Positions 43,803-54,289 of a DNA stretch of 64,000 nt are shown here, in pieces. Position numbers and translations under genes: made by a program. This stretch comes from a virus. The notes under the pieces were generated by a model. That model did not search any database. It saw only the letters and a program-made list of their open reading frames with translations, and was not told the DNA's origin. The first letter of the stretch is position 1. Each line of letters begins with the position of its first letter. The DNA is taken from positions 25,012-89,011 of IMG/VR virus record IMGVR_UViG_3300010397_000042, one strand, 5' to 3'.

Positions 43803-44239
43803 GCATTCGAACATCTCTGATCAAACTGGTAGATCGCTATCGAGCACTCACCGGACCTGACCATTTCGACCTTCGAACGAATCAGCTCACAATCCGCACT
43901 CGTAGATGGAGCGGTGGTCAGGTCGAGCTCGGCGATCCTATCGATTCCGATCTCGTCCTTCCTGCGATTTATCCGGTTAGGTATCTGACAGCCCATGAGT
44001 TGCGAACCGCTGCTGGTCGTTATGAGCTTGTCGATATTCTTGTTGATCACATCACTCCTTCGGATGGCAACGGCACGGGTTACACGCAAGAGCAACTCTA
44101 CCCGACGGTAACAGATAACGGGACCGAGATTATCTACATCCTGACCGGAACCCATGCAGGTGAATACCGATGCATGGATATCCGGACTTATCGGCCGTTT
44201 ACGTACCAGCTCGTCATTCGTCGTAGAGACCTCTCGTGA
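43799..44239 (+). CDS. Head closure/neck protein
   Basis: Position and size. Confidence 0.55.
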   Translation: MSIRTSLIKLVDRYRALTGPDHFDLRTNQLTIRTRRWSGGQVELGDPIDSDLVLPAIYPVRYLTAHELRTAAGRYELVDILVDHITPSDGNGTGYTQEQLYPTVTDNGTEIIYILTGTHAGEYRCMDIRTYRPFTYQLVIRRRDLS

Positions 44240-44844
44240 GCGAAAATAATATTCGCTGCACTCTTGAGGAACTTCCGAAACTGATTCAACAGCGTCTAGA
44301 CAACATTCAAAAGGCGGTGAATGTTGGGATGCGCTGGACAGCCGAGGATGCTGTTCCAATTGTTTCCGAAGCAGCTCCTAAAGCGTTTGGAGATCTTCGG
44401 GACTCGGTTCACGCGGTCCCGGGAGCTGTCCCAAAGCTTGTAGTCGATGCTCCACATGCAGCGGCCGTTGAGGTTGGTAGCTCTCCGCACACACCGGATA
44501 TCGAAGCTCTGATCGCTTGGGTGAAGCTTCGAGGTATGCAGTACCAGCGCGGACTGAACAAGATCAGTTCTCGTCGAGATGGGCCGACTACAAAGTATCA
44601 AGCGGCCAAAATAGGACGACAGCTCAACGCGAAAGTCATCAGGGCTTTCAATCTGGACGGAGTCGGTCCTGGCGGCGGTAAGGGACGTGTAAGTCCGATC
44701 GACGCGCCAACGGAATTAGCTCTCGAGATTGCCCATGCCATAGAAACCTATGGCACTCCGCCACACTGGTTCGTCCGAGGTTCATTACCTGCAATTGCGA
44801 AGATTCTCGATCGCGACATTCGTAAAGCACTGAAAGCCCTGTAA
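44236..44844 (+). CDS. HK97 gp10-like tail completion protein
   Basis: AP...G.LR.S, APHAA.VE.G, GTPPHWF. Confidence 0.75.
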   Translation: MSENNIRCTLEELPKLIQQRLDNIQKAVNVGMRWTAEDAVPIVSEAAPKAFGDLRDSVHAVPGAVPKLVVDAPHAAAVEVGSSPHTPDIEALIAWVKLRGMQYQRGLNKISSRRDGPTTKYQAAKIGRQLNAKVIRAFNLDGVGPGGGKGRVSPIDAPTELALEIAHAIETYGTPPHWFVRGSLPAIAKILDRDIRKALKAL

Positions 44845-45485
44845 TGGCGGATCTTAGAGTTTCAATCCAGCAGGCAGGTGCCAACGCTCTCGCGACCTTT
44901 CTTACTACGAAACTGTCGTCAGATATCGTAATTGAATCGCGGTGGCCTTCTCCCGATAGGGTCAAGCCTTCTAAGATCATTACGATCTACCCTGCAGGTC
45001 GTCGAGTCGATACTCCGATCGATCTCCGAATCATTAGTAAGGAGAACGTTGGTGATCATGACGTGAGCGCAGTATGGCAGCTTGCAGCTTGTAAGCAGCC
45101 ATTTCAGATGGACGTCTGGGCCACTGCTGACGTTCTGCGCGATGACATGATGGCTCAGCTAGATGATGCACTTCATTCTGGCGAGTCTTCTCTTGGCGGA
45201 CTGTTTGCTCCTACGCCTGTAGGCATCGGAAGCCTTCTTCGTCTCGGAGATGGTTGGGAGAATGCAGGCACCATCGCGGACTTCGTATTCGAAGAACCGG
45301 ACTACATCATTGAATCAGATGCGGTCGGTCGATCCGTGTATCGCGCTCTGTTCAAAGGCAATGCCTACTTCATGCTGACGGTGACCACGCAAACGGCACG
45401 TCAGAAGGTTATCAACTTCAATCTTCGGCTTTCCGAAACGGACGAGATGTCTGATTTCGGCACTTACTCAACTCCTGAGGCTTAG
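44844..45485 (+). CDS. Tail terminator-like protein
   Basis: Position between gp10-like gene and sheath. Confidence 0.55.
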   Translation: MADLRVSIQQAGANALATFLTTKLSSDIVIESRWPSPDRVKPSKIITIYPAGRRVDTPIDLRIISKENVGDHDVSAVWQLAACKQPFQMDVWATADVLRDDMMAQLDDALHSGESSLGGLFAPTPVGIGSLLRLGDGWENAGTIADFVFEEPDYIIESDAVGRSVYRALFKGNAYFMLTVTTQTARQKVINFNLRLSETDEMSDFGTYSTPEA

Positions 45486-45488
45486 AGA

Positions 45489-46973
45489 ATGTCGCTTTTC
45501 ATCACGTCCACCGCGCAAGCAACGCGGCACGCAGTGTATGCGATCGAGCGGAACCCCCCGGCGACCATTAGGGCGACGGGTGCAACGCAGGTCGCCATCG
45601 TCGAGCAGTTCCCGTGGGGACCCGATGGTGAGGTCTACGCGATCGAATCGATCAGGGACTTCATCGACAAGTTCGCTACCGGCGGCATGGATCGCACTGG
45701 CCCGGGCTACATGTCCGTTATCGGCAAGGCATGGCCGGTTCTGAAGGTCGTCCGCGTTCTCGGTGACGACGCTGCGAAGGCAGTGGCAACTGTCGACAAT
45801 CTTGGTCTCGAGCTGAAGTACAAGGGCGTGGCCGGTAACGATGTCACGTGGACGGTCGAAGACGCATCGGACGGTGACTCGAACCACTTCAACCTGACGA
45901 TCTCGCTCTCGAGTACCTTCGGTACGACCCAGGACAAGTTTTCAAACCTCAATTACTCCGGTACCGGGGACGACAGCGTTCCAACTTTCACCGGAACGAA
46001 ATTGCTTGGTGCTATCACCAAGAGCGCCGACGGTCGGCCTTCGAATGGAACCGGCTCGTTTGGCACCGGCTCGGATGGGACGATCACTTCGAGCGAGTAT
46101 GTTGGAACGCAGGGCTCTGCAGATGTCGGTGTCGCTCTTCTGGAAACGGATAGGGCTATCGACCTTATTCTAACGGGCGACCCGGGCGACTCGCTTCGCG
46201 CTGCGGTGAACACCGGTCTCGCGGCTCACGCAGACTACACGACGGACCGAATCGCCTTCATCAACGGTGATAGCGACTTCGATGGCGCGGATGTGCGATC
46301 GGATGTGTCGGACTATAGAAGCCTCCGAGTCTGTTACATCGACGTCTGGGCATACCAGCGCGACGACGTTGACGGGACCGAGCGGTTGGTTGCTCCGGCT
46401 ACGTTCGCTGCTTCGGCCGCAGCAAACTTGTCGCCTTCGACGAGCTTCTCGTGGAAGAGCACCACCGTCCAGCGTCTGTTGAGCTCGATCTCGCGTCTCG
46501 CCGCTGCACGCGGCGACGGTGCGTACCTCAACGAACAGCAAGGCATCTGCACCCTCCAGCGCGAGGACAACGGCGGGTTCACGTTCGAGGCAGCGGTCGT
46601 TACGGCGGCTCCTCAAGCTCCGAGCAAGCGTCTCTACAAGCGCACACGAATGGGACACTACATCGCCAAGGCGGTGGTTCAGTCCCTGCGTGAGTACGTC
46701 GACAGCCCGAACGTGGCGTTCAACCAGCAAGATGAAATCCTGGCGGTGTCGCACTTCCTGGATGGCCTCAAGCGAAACGCTTCGACGGATCCGAACAACC
46801 TCCCACACATCGTCGATTTCGGAATGCGTCCAGTGGGCGACTTCAACACGTTCGACAGCATTGCAGACGGCGCATTCACGATCGCCTCGGATGTCCAGAT
46901 CTCGAGCGACCAGGAAAAGATCTTCTTCAGCCTGCAGATTGGCACCAACGTCCGAATCCAGACGACGCTCTAA
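45489..46973 (+). CDS. Contractile tail sheath protein
   Basis: N-terminal VY.IE....I....T...AIV..FPWGP; KYKG..GN; C-terminal R.R...YI...L. Confidence 0.88.
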   Translation: MSLFITSTAQATRHAVYAIERNPPATIRATGATQVAIVEQFPWGPDGEVYAIESIRDFIDKFATGGMDRTGPGYMSVIGKAWPVLKVVRVLGDDAAKAVATVDNLGLELKYKGVAGNDVTWTVEDASDGDSNHFNLTISLSSTFGTTQDKFSNLNYSGTGDDSVPTFTGTKLLGAITKSADGRPSNGTGSFGTGSDGTITSSEYVGTQGSADVGVALLETDRAIDLILTGDPGDSLRAAVNTGLAAHADYTTDRIAFINGDSDFDGADVRSDVSDYRSLRVCYIDVWAYQRDDVDGTERLVAPATFAASAAANLSPSTSFSWKSTTVQRLLSSISRLAAARGDGAYLNEQQGICTLQREDNGGFTFEAAVVTAAPQAPSKRLYKRTRMGHYIAKAVVQSLREYVDSPNVAFNQQDEILAVSHFLDGLKRNASTDPNNLPHIVDFGMRPVGDFNTFDSIADGAFTIASDVQISSDQEKIFFSLQIGTNVRIQTTL

Positions 46974-46982
46974 AGGACTACG

Positions 46983-47747
46983 ATGGCTAATAAATCAGCA
47001 GTCGTCAAAACCAGTATCGACTACGTCTCTCCTTCGGGGGTCGCGTCGAAGTGGCCGACCACTACTCCACATTCGGTTACGTGTGCCTATCAAGCGAGCG
47101 TATACGGATCGCTTGACGTCCCCGATAGCGAAGCTGCGGACACGAGGCATGACGTACCATTCGGAGACATCTCTGCTGCGACCGGCTTTGTGGTTGTGAA
47201 CCGCACCGGCCAAGAGCTGAAGATGATCATCAACGGTGAGGAAGCCACGGATGAAGAGACTCCGGAGCTTACTGCACTTCAAACTGCGATCACGAACGAA
47301 GACAGCGCAGTTACTGCGCTCGATGGCGCCGTAACGACGCTCCACACTGCGGTGAGTAATATCGATTCGACTCTGACTACGCAGCTCGGAATTCTCAACG
47401 CGTTCGACAACATGGACAACATCGACGACATTATCGCTGCGATTGCAACTGCAAGCACGGCGATTGGCACGGTGCAAACCGCGCTCACGACCGATGATAC
47501 AGCTGTCGACACGGAGGGCCTCCTGACTGCTACGACTGCGCTCGACGATGCGGAAGCAGCGTTGCAGGCTCCGTTGTTCGGTCTCGAATCGCCATCTACG
47601 CACATGATTCCGATCGGAGGCTCCATGAGCTTCTCCGCTCCGGATGTCGCTTCTACGAAGAAGATCTCCAAGCTCTGGTTCCGAACGACTGCGGAACAGT
47701 CGGGTGAAGGTCTCATCGAATTCATTCTCTTCGGGGACCCGGTCTAA
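46983..47747 (+). CDS. Virion protein with inserted Ala/Thr/Asp helical segment
   Basis: Between sheath and tube; heptad-like central region. Confidence 0.55.
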   Translation: MANKSAVVKTSIDYVSPSGVASKWPTTTPHSVTCAYQASVYGSLDVPDSEAADTRHDVPFGDISAATGFVVVNRTGQELKMIINGEEATDEETPELTALQTAITNEDSAVTALDGAVTTLHTAVSNIDSTLTTQLGILNAFDNMDNIDDIIAAIATASTAIGTVQTALTTDDTAVDTEGLLTATTALDDAEAALQAPLFGLESPSTHMIPIGGSMSFSAPDVASTKKISKLWFRTTAEQSGEGLIEFILFGDPV

Positions 47748-48157
47748 TGTCCGACTCATCCGATAGGGCTCTTGTCCAAGCTGCTCGCGTCAGGCCTCCA
47801 CGCCGAGGTCAGGTTGCGGCGCTTGAAGTAGACGGAACAGCTCGCGCCTACGATCTCACCGGTCTCTCGATCGGTGGGGCAGATGAGACCACGTCCGTAC
47901 ACGTCTTTCTCGCTCTCCAAGCGGATGGTGGAGCGATCTACTACTATTTCGCCGATTCGGATGAGACCGTCGATCTCGATGAGAGTGATGTCATCTCCGC
48001 AGGCGATCCCCTTGTCTGGTCCAACGCTCAATGCGCAATGATCGCGAACGGGGCTGTTCATGAGCTCATGATCGAACGCAACAAGGACGTCTTCCTTGTT
48101 GTGAAGACGACGAGCTCGGCCACTCTGCGAGTCTTCGCGGCATCGGACGTTCTCTAA
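47747..48157 (+). CDS. Hypothetical beta-rich virion protein
   Basis: TAATG-coupled. Confidence 0.55.
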   Translation: MSDSSDRALVQAARVRPPRRGQVAALEVDGTARAYDLTGLSIGGADETTSVHVFLALQADGGAIYYYFADSDETVDLDESDVISAGDPLVWSNAQCAMIANGAVHELMIERNKDVFLVVKTTSSATLRVFAASDVL

Positions 48158-49068
48158 TGCCTCGCGGGTTCGGAAGTAGTAACGGTGGTGCCTCGGGCAC
48201 TCCCGGTACAAACGGTAAGACTGTCAGGAACGGCAGCGGTGTGCCCGACAATGGGATGGGCGCCAACGGCGACTTCTACATCGACGTCGACGTCTACGAC
48301 ATCTACGGGCCGAAGACTGATGACGATTGGGGCACTGCCACCACTCTGATCGGTCCGACCGGGTTGACTGGAACCAGCATTCTGTCTGGATCGGTTGCTC
48401 CTGGGGCTGAAGATGGAAATGACGGTGACTTCTGGATTGATGTCACCGAGTCTGATCTGTACGGCCCCAAAACCTCCGGGTCATGGCCTCCGCCAGTCAG
48501 TTTGATTGGTCCGCAGGGTGATCCTGGAGACAACGGAACGAACGGCACCGACGGGAAGACTGTCCTCAGCGGCGACGGCCCGCCTGCAGACGAACTCGGT
48601 CAAGACGGCGACTTCTACGTTGACACAACCAACTGGATCTTCTGGGGTCCCAAGGCGAGTGGAACGTGGGCCGAGGTTCCTACCGTTCCGATTACACCGG
48701 TGAGTGTGGAGTCGGAATTGGTATCCGACGAAACGACGACCAGCACGGACTTCGCCGAACTCATCTCCGTTACGCTCACTACGATTGCCGATGCACTGGA
48801 CGTCTTCGCTACGTTCAGCGGTCGAGTCGATACCGGCGACGTCGGTAAGTTTCGACTGACGTTGGATGGCGACCCCGTCGCGAACGGCGGAGCAGCTCTA
48901 ACCGGAATCTCCTCCGGTGCTCTTTGCAAACGTCTGGGTGGACTCGCCCCAGGCGAACACACCATCGCTCTTGAATGGGGCAGTACCTCAGGCGACGGAG
49001 TCCATATCGCTCCGGCTGCTCACGTTGGTACCGAGCACGCAACTCTTCTTGTGAAACCTTCGAATTAG
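48157..49068 (+). CDS. Fibre-like protein with three G.DGDF(Y/W)(I/V)D...GPK repeats and short collagen segments
   Basis: Repeats visible in the translation. Confidence 0.7.
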   Translation: MPRGFGSSNGGASGTPGTNGKTVRNGSGVPDNGMGANGDFYIDVDVYDIYGPKTDDDWGTATTLIGPTGLTGTSILSGSVAPGAEDGNDGDFWIDVTESDLYGPKTSGSWPPPVSLIGPQGDPGDNGTNGTDGKTVLSGDGPPADELGQDGDFYVDTTNWIFWGPKASGTWAEVPTVPITPVSVESELVSDETTTSTDFAELISVTLTTIADALDVFATFSGRVDTGDVGKFRLTLDGDPVANGGAALTGISSGALCKRLGGLAPGEHTIALEWGSTSGDGVHIAPAAHVGTEHATLLVKPSN

Positions 49069-49080
49069 GAACTTCCTTAG

Positions 49081-49521
49081 ATGTCGGCGAACATTCCGTT
49101 TTTCCGCGGCCAAAACGCGGTCCTCAAGCTTTATCAGGAAAACAAACCAATCTACATCGCGTGCAAGACGTGGGACGTCGATGAGAACGCCACGGATATT
49201 GCAGACGGTGTGAATGGTGAGAACCGCGATCGTCTTGACAAGGTCACGAACTACTTCACGGTAACCGTGCATATCTTCCAGACCGATCAGTCGGTTGTGG
49301 AGAAGTACATGGAAGCGCAGGAAGAGGACGACAACGCGAATCTTCCCAAGGTCCAAACCGGTGCGATTCAGATTCATCACCGCGATGGAACGCGCGCTTG
49401 CTACTTGCTCAGCGAGATGAAGGTCGGTCCGATGAAGATCACCATGTCGTCGCGTCAAGAGGCGGTCATGCTGCAGCTCAAGCTGCGCTTCCGCTACTTC
49501 AAGAGCATCCCGAGCATCTGA
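49081..49521 (+). CDS. Tail tube protein
   Basis: 146 aa beta-rich, G-x-N start motif, precedes frameshifted chaperone. Confidence 0.72.
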   Translation: MSANIPFFRGQNAVLKLYQENKPIYIACKTWDVDENATDIADGVNGENRDRLDKVTNYFTVTVHIFQTDQSVVEKYMEAQEEDDNANLPKVQTGAIQIHHRDGTRACYLLSEMKVGPMKITMSSRQEAVMLQLKLRFRYFKSIPSI

Positions 49522-49546
49522 AACGACACACTCTGAGGAGGAATGA

Positions 49547-49933
49547 TTGCTTACACAGTACCATTTGAAAGGTAAAGGCTTCTCTGGGCGAGCAGTTCGC
49601 GTTCGCGAACTTGACCCTCTCGATGTCGAAAAGAATCTGACGGCAGCAGCAAAGACTGTTGGTGCAAATGCCACCGTAATTGAGCTCAAAAAGACTGAGT
49701 GGCGTAATGGCGTGAAGTTGATGATCGCCGAGCTCAGTGAGCCATGTGAAGATCCGCTTGCAGCCAATGTAAAGTGGAAGAAGGTCGATCTGGCAACTCT
49801 CGAGGACCTCGGATCACTCTTCAAGGTCAAGGATGTCCTCGCTCTCGAGCAGATCTACCGAGAGAGTTATGAGGTCACCCAGACCGACCTCGATGCCATC
49901 ACGGGAAAAGCCCTACCGGTTGCCGAGGGCTGA
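49547..49933 (+). CDS. Tail assembly chaperone (gpG-like)
   Basis: GAGGAGG RBS; ends ...TGKA with slippery site. Confidence 0.78.
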   Translation: MLTQYHLKGKGFSGRAVRVRELDPLDVEKNLTAAAKTVGANATVIELKKTEWRNGVKLMIAELSEPCEDPLAANVKWKKVDLATLEDLGSLFKVKDVLALEQIYRESYEVTQTDLDAITGKALPVAEG

Positions 49934-50118
49934 GCTCGGTATACTGGGAGATCACGTGGAATAAGATTCAGCGATACGCATACATCTGTAGATTCGGACG
50001 CCAGAGTCTTTGCGAATTGCTGGGACGTCGACCCAGTGCACTCGAACTAGCATTATTTGAAGAAGCCATAGCGCAGCTTCTTGAGAAGGAATACGCGCCG
50101 ATCCCCCAAGAGGACTGA
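49903..50118 (+). CDS. Tail assembly chaperone -1 frameshift extension (gpGT-like)
   Basis: G GGA AAA heptamer at 49903-49909; -1 frame open for 71 codons (…IQRYAYICRFGRQSLCELL…PQED*) up to the terminator. Confidence 0.82.
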   Translation, partial: GKSPTGCRGLSSVYWEITWNKIQRYAYICRFGRQSLCELLGRRPSALELALFEEAIAQLLEKEYAPIPQED

Positions 50119-50121
50119 CAT

Positions 50122-50152
50122 AGCCCACTCGTAACCACCCGAGTGGGCTTTT
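50122..50152 (+). terminator. Intrinsic terminator
   Basis: AGCCCACTCG-8 nt-CGAGTGGGCT followed by TTT. Confidence 0.85.
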
Positions 50153-50166
50153 CGTGCGTTTATTAG

Positions 50167-51369
50167 ATGTCCGACGAAATCATCATCCCGAAAGCCGACG
50201 TAGTCATTACGGAGGTTCTCGAAAAGCTGTACGAGCTACGGCCTAACGCGTTTCGGCACTGCAATTACCGCACGGGTGTGTATTGGCATCCCATCCAGGG
50301 CTATCGCGCTCAGGTGGCCAAGATGCTCCAACGCCTAGCTGATCTTGCAGGCGCTCGTAGGTTGAAGACATCAACAGGTACTGATCTTCTCGAGTACGTC
50401 GCAAGTGAGTTCGGAGCGCTTCCTGCCACGAACCCCACGTTCGCCGAAGGTACCGTCACCCTGGGGCGTACCGATCTTACCAAGCCCCTCTTAGGCGGTG
50501 TATACCCGAAAGGGACCAAGGTTACGCGAGAACAGTACACCGATCTCGGTGTCACGTTCCCGGCGACCGAGTACGAAACACTCACCGATGCTCACCTCGA
50601 GTTCGGTTCAGAAGTCACGGTTACAGTTCCTATCCGAGCTTCGAGGACGGGCCCCGACGCCAATGCGCCGATTCTGATTGGTTCCGATCCGAGCTCGCAT
50701 CTCCAGGTTCCCAACATTATCGAGGGCGCCGGAGTTGTTGCTTATGAAGCAGGTGGCGGAGCGGACAAGCCGGAAGATCCCTTCGTCCGCATCTTCGCTC
50801 AGATCTTCGCGGCAGGGCAGTTCGGTCCGACATCAGCTGCATCCAAGTACGGTGCTCTGAACGCAGCCGGCGTCCGAGACTTCCTGGTTTACGATCACGT
50901 GTCAACCGGCACTCAGACGATTCTCGTTGCAGATGGCAACTGGGGCTCGAGTGCTCGTTGGGCAGGTCTGGTTCAGAAGAGCATCTACGACAACGACCTC
51001 GTTGGCTTCGGCTGTAAGGTTGGTGTCTTCAAGCTTCGTAATCGAGTCATCACTGTAGACGCTACGGTGGCTCTTCGAGATGGAACCTTCCTCGCCGAGA
51101 CCACGGACATCGATCAAGCCATCCAGGCAGCGGTGCGATCGTACTTCGATGACCGACAGGACTGGAATATCTGGAACGAACTGTCGCTCCGAGGCACCAT
51201 CTCTAAAGCACACTCTAAAGTCTATTCGTGTCCTTCAGTAACGGTGAAGGATTCGGCTACTGGATCTGCGTTGAGTGAAATCATCACTCCTGATTACACC
51301 GCCGAACAAGTTCACTTTCTTCTCGCATCTAACGCAATGCGAATCACTTACGTAGGACCCTCGCCCTAA
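50167..51369 (+). CDS. Baseplate J/gp47-like protein (paralogue 1)
   Basis: TSTGTDL, A.GTVT, PKGT.V, YET, V.V...A...G...N, GGAD. Confidence 0.78.
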   Translation: MSDEIIIPKADVVITEVLEKLYELRPNAFRHCNYRTGVYWHPIQGYRAQVAKMLQRLADLAGARRLKTSTGTDLLEYVASEFGALPATNPTFAEGTVTLGRTDLTKPLLGGVYPKGTKVTREQYTDLGVTFPATEYETLTDAHLEFGSEVTVTVPIRASRTGPDANAPILIGSDPSSHLQVPNIIEGAGVVAYEAGGGADKPEDPFVRIFAQIFAAGQFGPTSAASKYGALNAAGVRDFLVYDHVSTGTQTILVADGNWGSSARWAGLVQKSIYDNDLVGFGCKVGVFKLRNRVITVDATVALRDGTFLAETTDIDQAIQAAVRSYFDDRQDWNIWNELSLRGTISKAHSKVYSCPSVTVKDSATGSALSEIITPDYTAEQVHFLLASNAMRITYVGPSP

Positions 51370-53234
51370 TGGCTGACGTAACCTATTCAGTCGAAGTTGA
51401 ATTCTTGCAGAAGGGTGGCCTCAATGCGCCAGCTGCAAGCATCGCAGACCTGAAGAGTAAAACAGACGGCTGGATGTCGTCGATGATGAGCAGCACCCAG
51501 TCGTGGGCTGGGTCATTCAATAGCGCGTTGGATTCCATTGGTGGGAAGGTATTCGATGTTGGCGCTAAGGCAACTATGGCCTTTACAGGCGCTCTCGCTG
51601 TCGGCTTAGGCGCTGCGGTCAAAGAGTCATTTCGTCTCAATGAGGAAATGGAAAACACCGCGCTTTCCATTGCTGCCATTGCTAGTGCCAACGGCACGGT
51701 TGCGAACTTCGGCGGTGGAATGCGCATCGCGGGCGATGTCATAAAGGAGATGCGTGCCGATGCAGCCAAGCTACCCGGTACGTTTCAAGACCTGAGCCAC
51801 ATCATGGCGACCATCTCTTCTGCTACGGCGCAACAGGGGATCGGTATGCACGGCACTGAGAAGATGGCTGCCGACATCATGATGGCGAGCCAGATTCTTG
51901 GCGTTCGAAATGAAGTTGCAGCGCGGGAAGCCGCGATGATTCTCGAGGGTAATGCACGGCACTCGATGCCGTTCTTCAACCGACTCGGGATGGAGATGTC
52001 GCCGAAGGATCTGAACGCTTTAGCTCCCGAGAAACGTTTGGAGAAGATGCGTGAAGCTCTCGCCAGACTCAACACTCCGGAGATGCGCGACGCGGCTGCA
52101 AACAACTGGCAGGGCGTTACGACGACTGCAATCGACAATATCCGATTGGCTATTACGCTTGTTGGGGGACCCCTCTTCCAGTCGGTGAAGGAAACCATCA
52201 AAGCCTTCAACGGTCTGGGAAAAGACGAAGGCGCCAAAGAGCACCTTCGAGACATCGGTATTGCGTTCGGTCAACATCTCGACAACGCGTTCCATCAAGG
52301 TATCGACGCCATCAAGCATTGGTACCCCATTGTTCAGACCTTCGGTCAGAACCTCTACCATCACATCGTAACCGCTTTCACCTCGGTACAGCCCATCATC
52401 CAGTCGATTCTCGGGCACATCGAGAACTTTATGCTCGACCCGAAGGGGATCGACAAGCTTCTCGAAGTAGCTCGAATCATGATCGGACTTCGACTCGGAG
52501 GAGCAGTTGTCGAGAAGGGCGCTGGAATAGCTGGCAGCTTGCTACCCGCCTTGGGCGGGACAGGTGGTGCAGGAGCCGCCGTCGCCGCTGCTGCTGGTCC
52601 CGCTGCTGCTGCGGTTGGAGGACTTGCGTTCGCAGCCTATGGAGCGTTCGACATCCTTACGGACAGCAGCAACAGGTTCCATGGCGTTGCTATGGAGCTG
52701 GCGAGGAACATCGAATTTCACTCGAAGGAAACTGTAAGCCAGTTCTCCAAACTCGGGGATGCGCTGATGCCTCTGGTTGACCTACTGGGGTTGGGCTTGC
52801 TCCAAGCGGTTCGAGAGATCATTCCATTTTTTGAAGCACTGGGTTGGGCTGCCAATTCACTTGTCGAAGGTTTTCACTCGGCTACAAACGCCGGTATTGC
52901 CTTCGGTGAATGGGTTCGAGAAAAGGTCGGACTTGGCAAGAAGCTAGACGACAATTCTCAGATGAAGTGGGACACCATCGACACCGTAGGTTACGGCGGC
53001 GTAGGTAGCGATCTAGGTATTGCGGTGAAGTCACTCGATACGACCATCACCGCTGAGAAGGAACGCAATCGCAAGATCCCTCAGCACACTACGCACATCA
53101 ACAAGGTTGAGATCAAGGTCGAAGGAAACCAAGACCCGAACCGCGTTGCTCGTAAGACCGTCGACTTCGTCGCAGACCTTGCACGTCATCCCAAGATCGC
53201 TGGCAACAGCGGCGTACCGAACTTTCAACGCTAA
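51369..53234 (+). CDS. Tape measure protein
   Basis: Ala/Gly-rich helical, AAKLPGTFQDL motif, hydrophobic stretches. Confidence 0.85.
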   Translation: MADVTYSVEVEFLQKGGLNAPAASIADLKSKTDGWMSSMMSSTQSWAGSFNSALDSIGGKVFDVGAKATMAFTGALAVGLGAAVKESFRLNEEMENTALSIAAIASANGTVANFGGGMRIAGDVIKEMRADAAKLPGTFQDLSHIMATISSATAQQGIGMHGTEKMAADIMMASQILGVRNEVAAREAAMILEGNARHSMPFFNRLGMEMSPKDLNALAPEKRLEKMREALARLNTPEMRDAAANNWQGVTTTAIDNIRLAITLVGGPLFQSVKETIKAFNGLGKDEGAKEHLRDIGIAFGQHLDNAFHQGIDAIKHWYPIVQTFGQNLYHHIVTAFTSVQPIIQSILGHIENFMLDPKGIDKLLEVARIMIGLRLGGAVVEKGAGIAGSLLPALGGTGGAGAAVAAAAGPAAAAVGGLAFAAYGAFDILTDSSNRFHGVAMELARNIEFHSKETVSQFSKLGDALMPLVDLLGLGLLQAVREIIPFFEALGWAANSLVEGFHSATNAGIAFGEWVREKVGLGKKLDDNSQMKWDTIDTVGYGGVGSDLGIAVKSLDTTITAEKERNRKIPQHTTHINKVEIKVEGNQDPNRVARKTVDFVADLARHPKIAGNSGVPNFQR

Positions 53235-54289
53235 TGGCAGTAAAGCCTAACCCCGTCGGACAGAAATGGACTTTCGTACAACTCGAAGGTCCTCCTGGCG
53301 ATCGTCGAATGCTTGAGCTCGACGGGTGGAATGCGCCTTTCGGTCGACCTCGCAAAGAGCCCGTCATCAAGGAAACCATCAAGTCGCGTATCCAAACGAC
53401 TAGGTATCCTGGTGCCTCACTCCAAACTCGTCACGCGTTTGGAACGAACTTCGAATCCACTGAACTCAAAGGGCGGTGGATGACGAAGGCGACCGGTCAG
53501 ACTGCTGTTCAGATTGCGGACAACTGGATTCAGTTCGTACAGGATGAACGAACGTGTCGTATCGCCTGGGGAACGATCGTCAGTTACACCGGCTACATCG
53601 AGGAGCTGGAGCTAGCACGCGAGAGCGAACACGAGATCGCCTGGAAGATGAAACTCCAGATCGATACTCGAGACGATCTTAGAAATCGCTCTCCTATCAA
53701 ACCATCCCGTCAGCCCATCGAAGACATTGCAGCCCTTCAAACCTGGGTCAATTTCTCCGAGAAGCAACGGAAAGATCTCGAAGAGAACATCGAACCGGAC
53801 TTCTTCGATCAGCTTGACGGCATCATGGCTGAGTTGAACAAGCCCTCTGCCGAGCTTGCAAAACTCGTCGGGCGAGTCGACGACATCCACAAAGCAACGT
53901 TCTCGGCACTGCAACACTTCCGCGGTGCGATCACTGGAATCCGAACGTCCCTCTTGCAGCTTCGCGAGATCGTCGTGAACACCGGTGTTGATGTAGCGAT
54001 GCTCATTCGCACGGCCGAGAGTGATATCGCATGGGTGAAGTATCAATACAACATTGAGAACCAGGTCAACATCACCTTAGATCAGCTTGCCATTCAAGAC
54101 CGACAAGCTGAGCTCCGTCAGAAGACGATCGCTACGAAATTCGTGACGGCAAAGGAAGGCGATACCTGGGAGAGCATCAGCACTCGAGCCACGGGCTCTC
54201 CAGGTAAGGCCGGAGAGATCCGCAGTCTGAACGGAGCTCGTTACGGCGAGAAGCCCACCCCAGGCGAAGACTACCTAGTGAACGGATGA
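53234..54289 (+). CDS. Tail tube initiator with C-terminal LysM-like domain (P2 gpU/gpX-like)
   Basis: C-terminal K.GDTWESIS....G......I..LN.......PG. Confidence 0.75.
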   Translation: MAVKPNPVGQKWTFVQLEGPPGDRRMLELDGWNAPFGRPRKEPVIKETIKSRIQTTRYPGASLQTRHAFGTNFESTELKGRWMTKATGQTAVQIADNWIQFVQDERTCRIAWGTIVSYTGYIEELELARESEHEIAWKMKLQIDTRDDLRNRSPIKPSRQPIEDIAALQTWVNFSEKQRKDLEENIEPDFFDQLDGIMAELNKPSAELAKLVGRVDDIHKATFSALQHFRGAITGIRTSLLQLREIVVNTGVDVAMLIRTAESDIAWVKYQYNIENQVNITLDQLAIQDRQAELRQKTIATKFVTAKEGDTWESISTRATGSPGKAGEIRSLNGARYGEKPTPGEDYLVNG

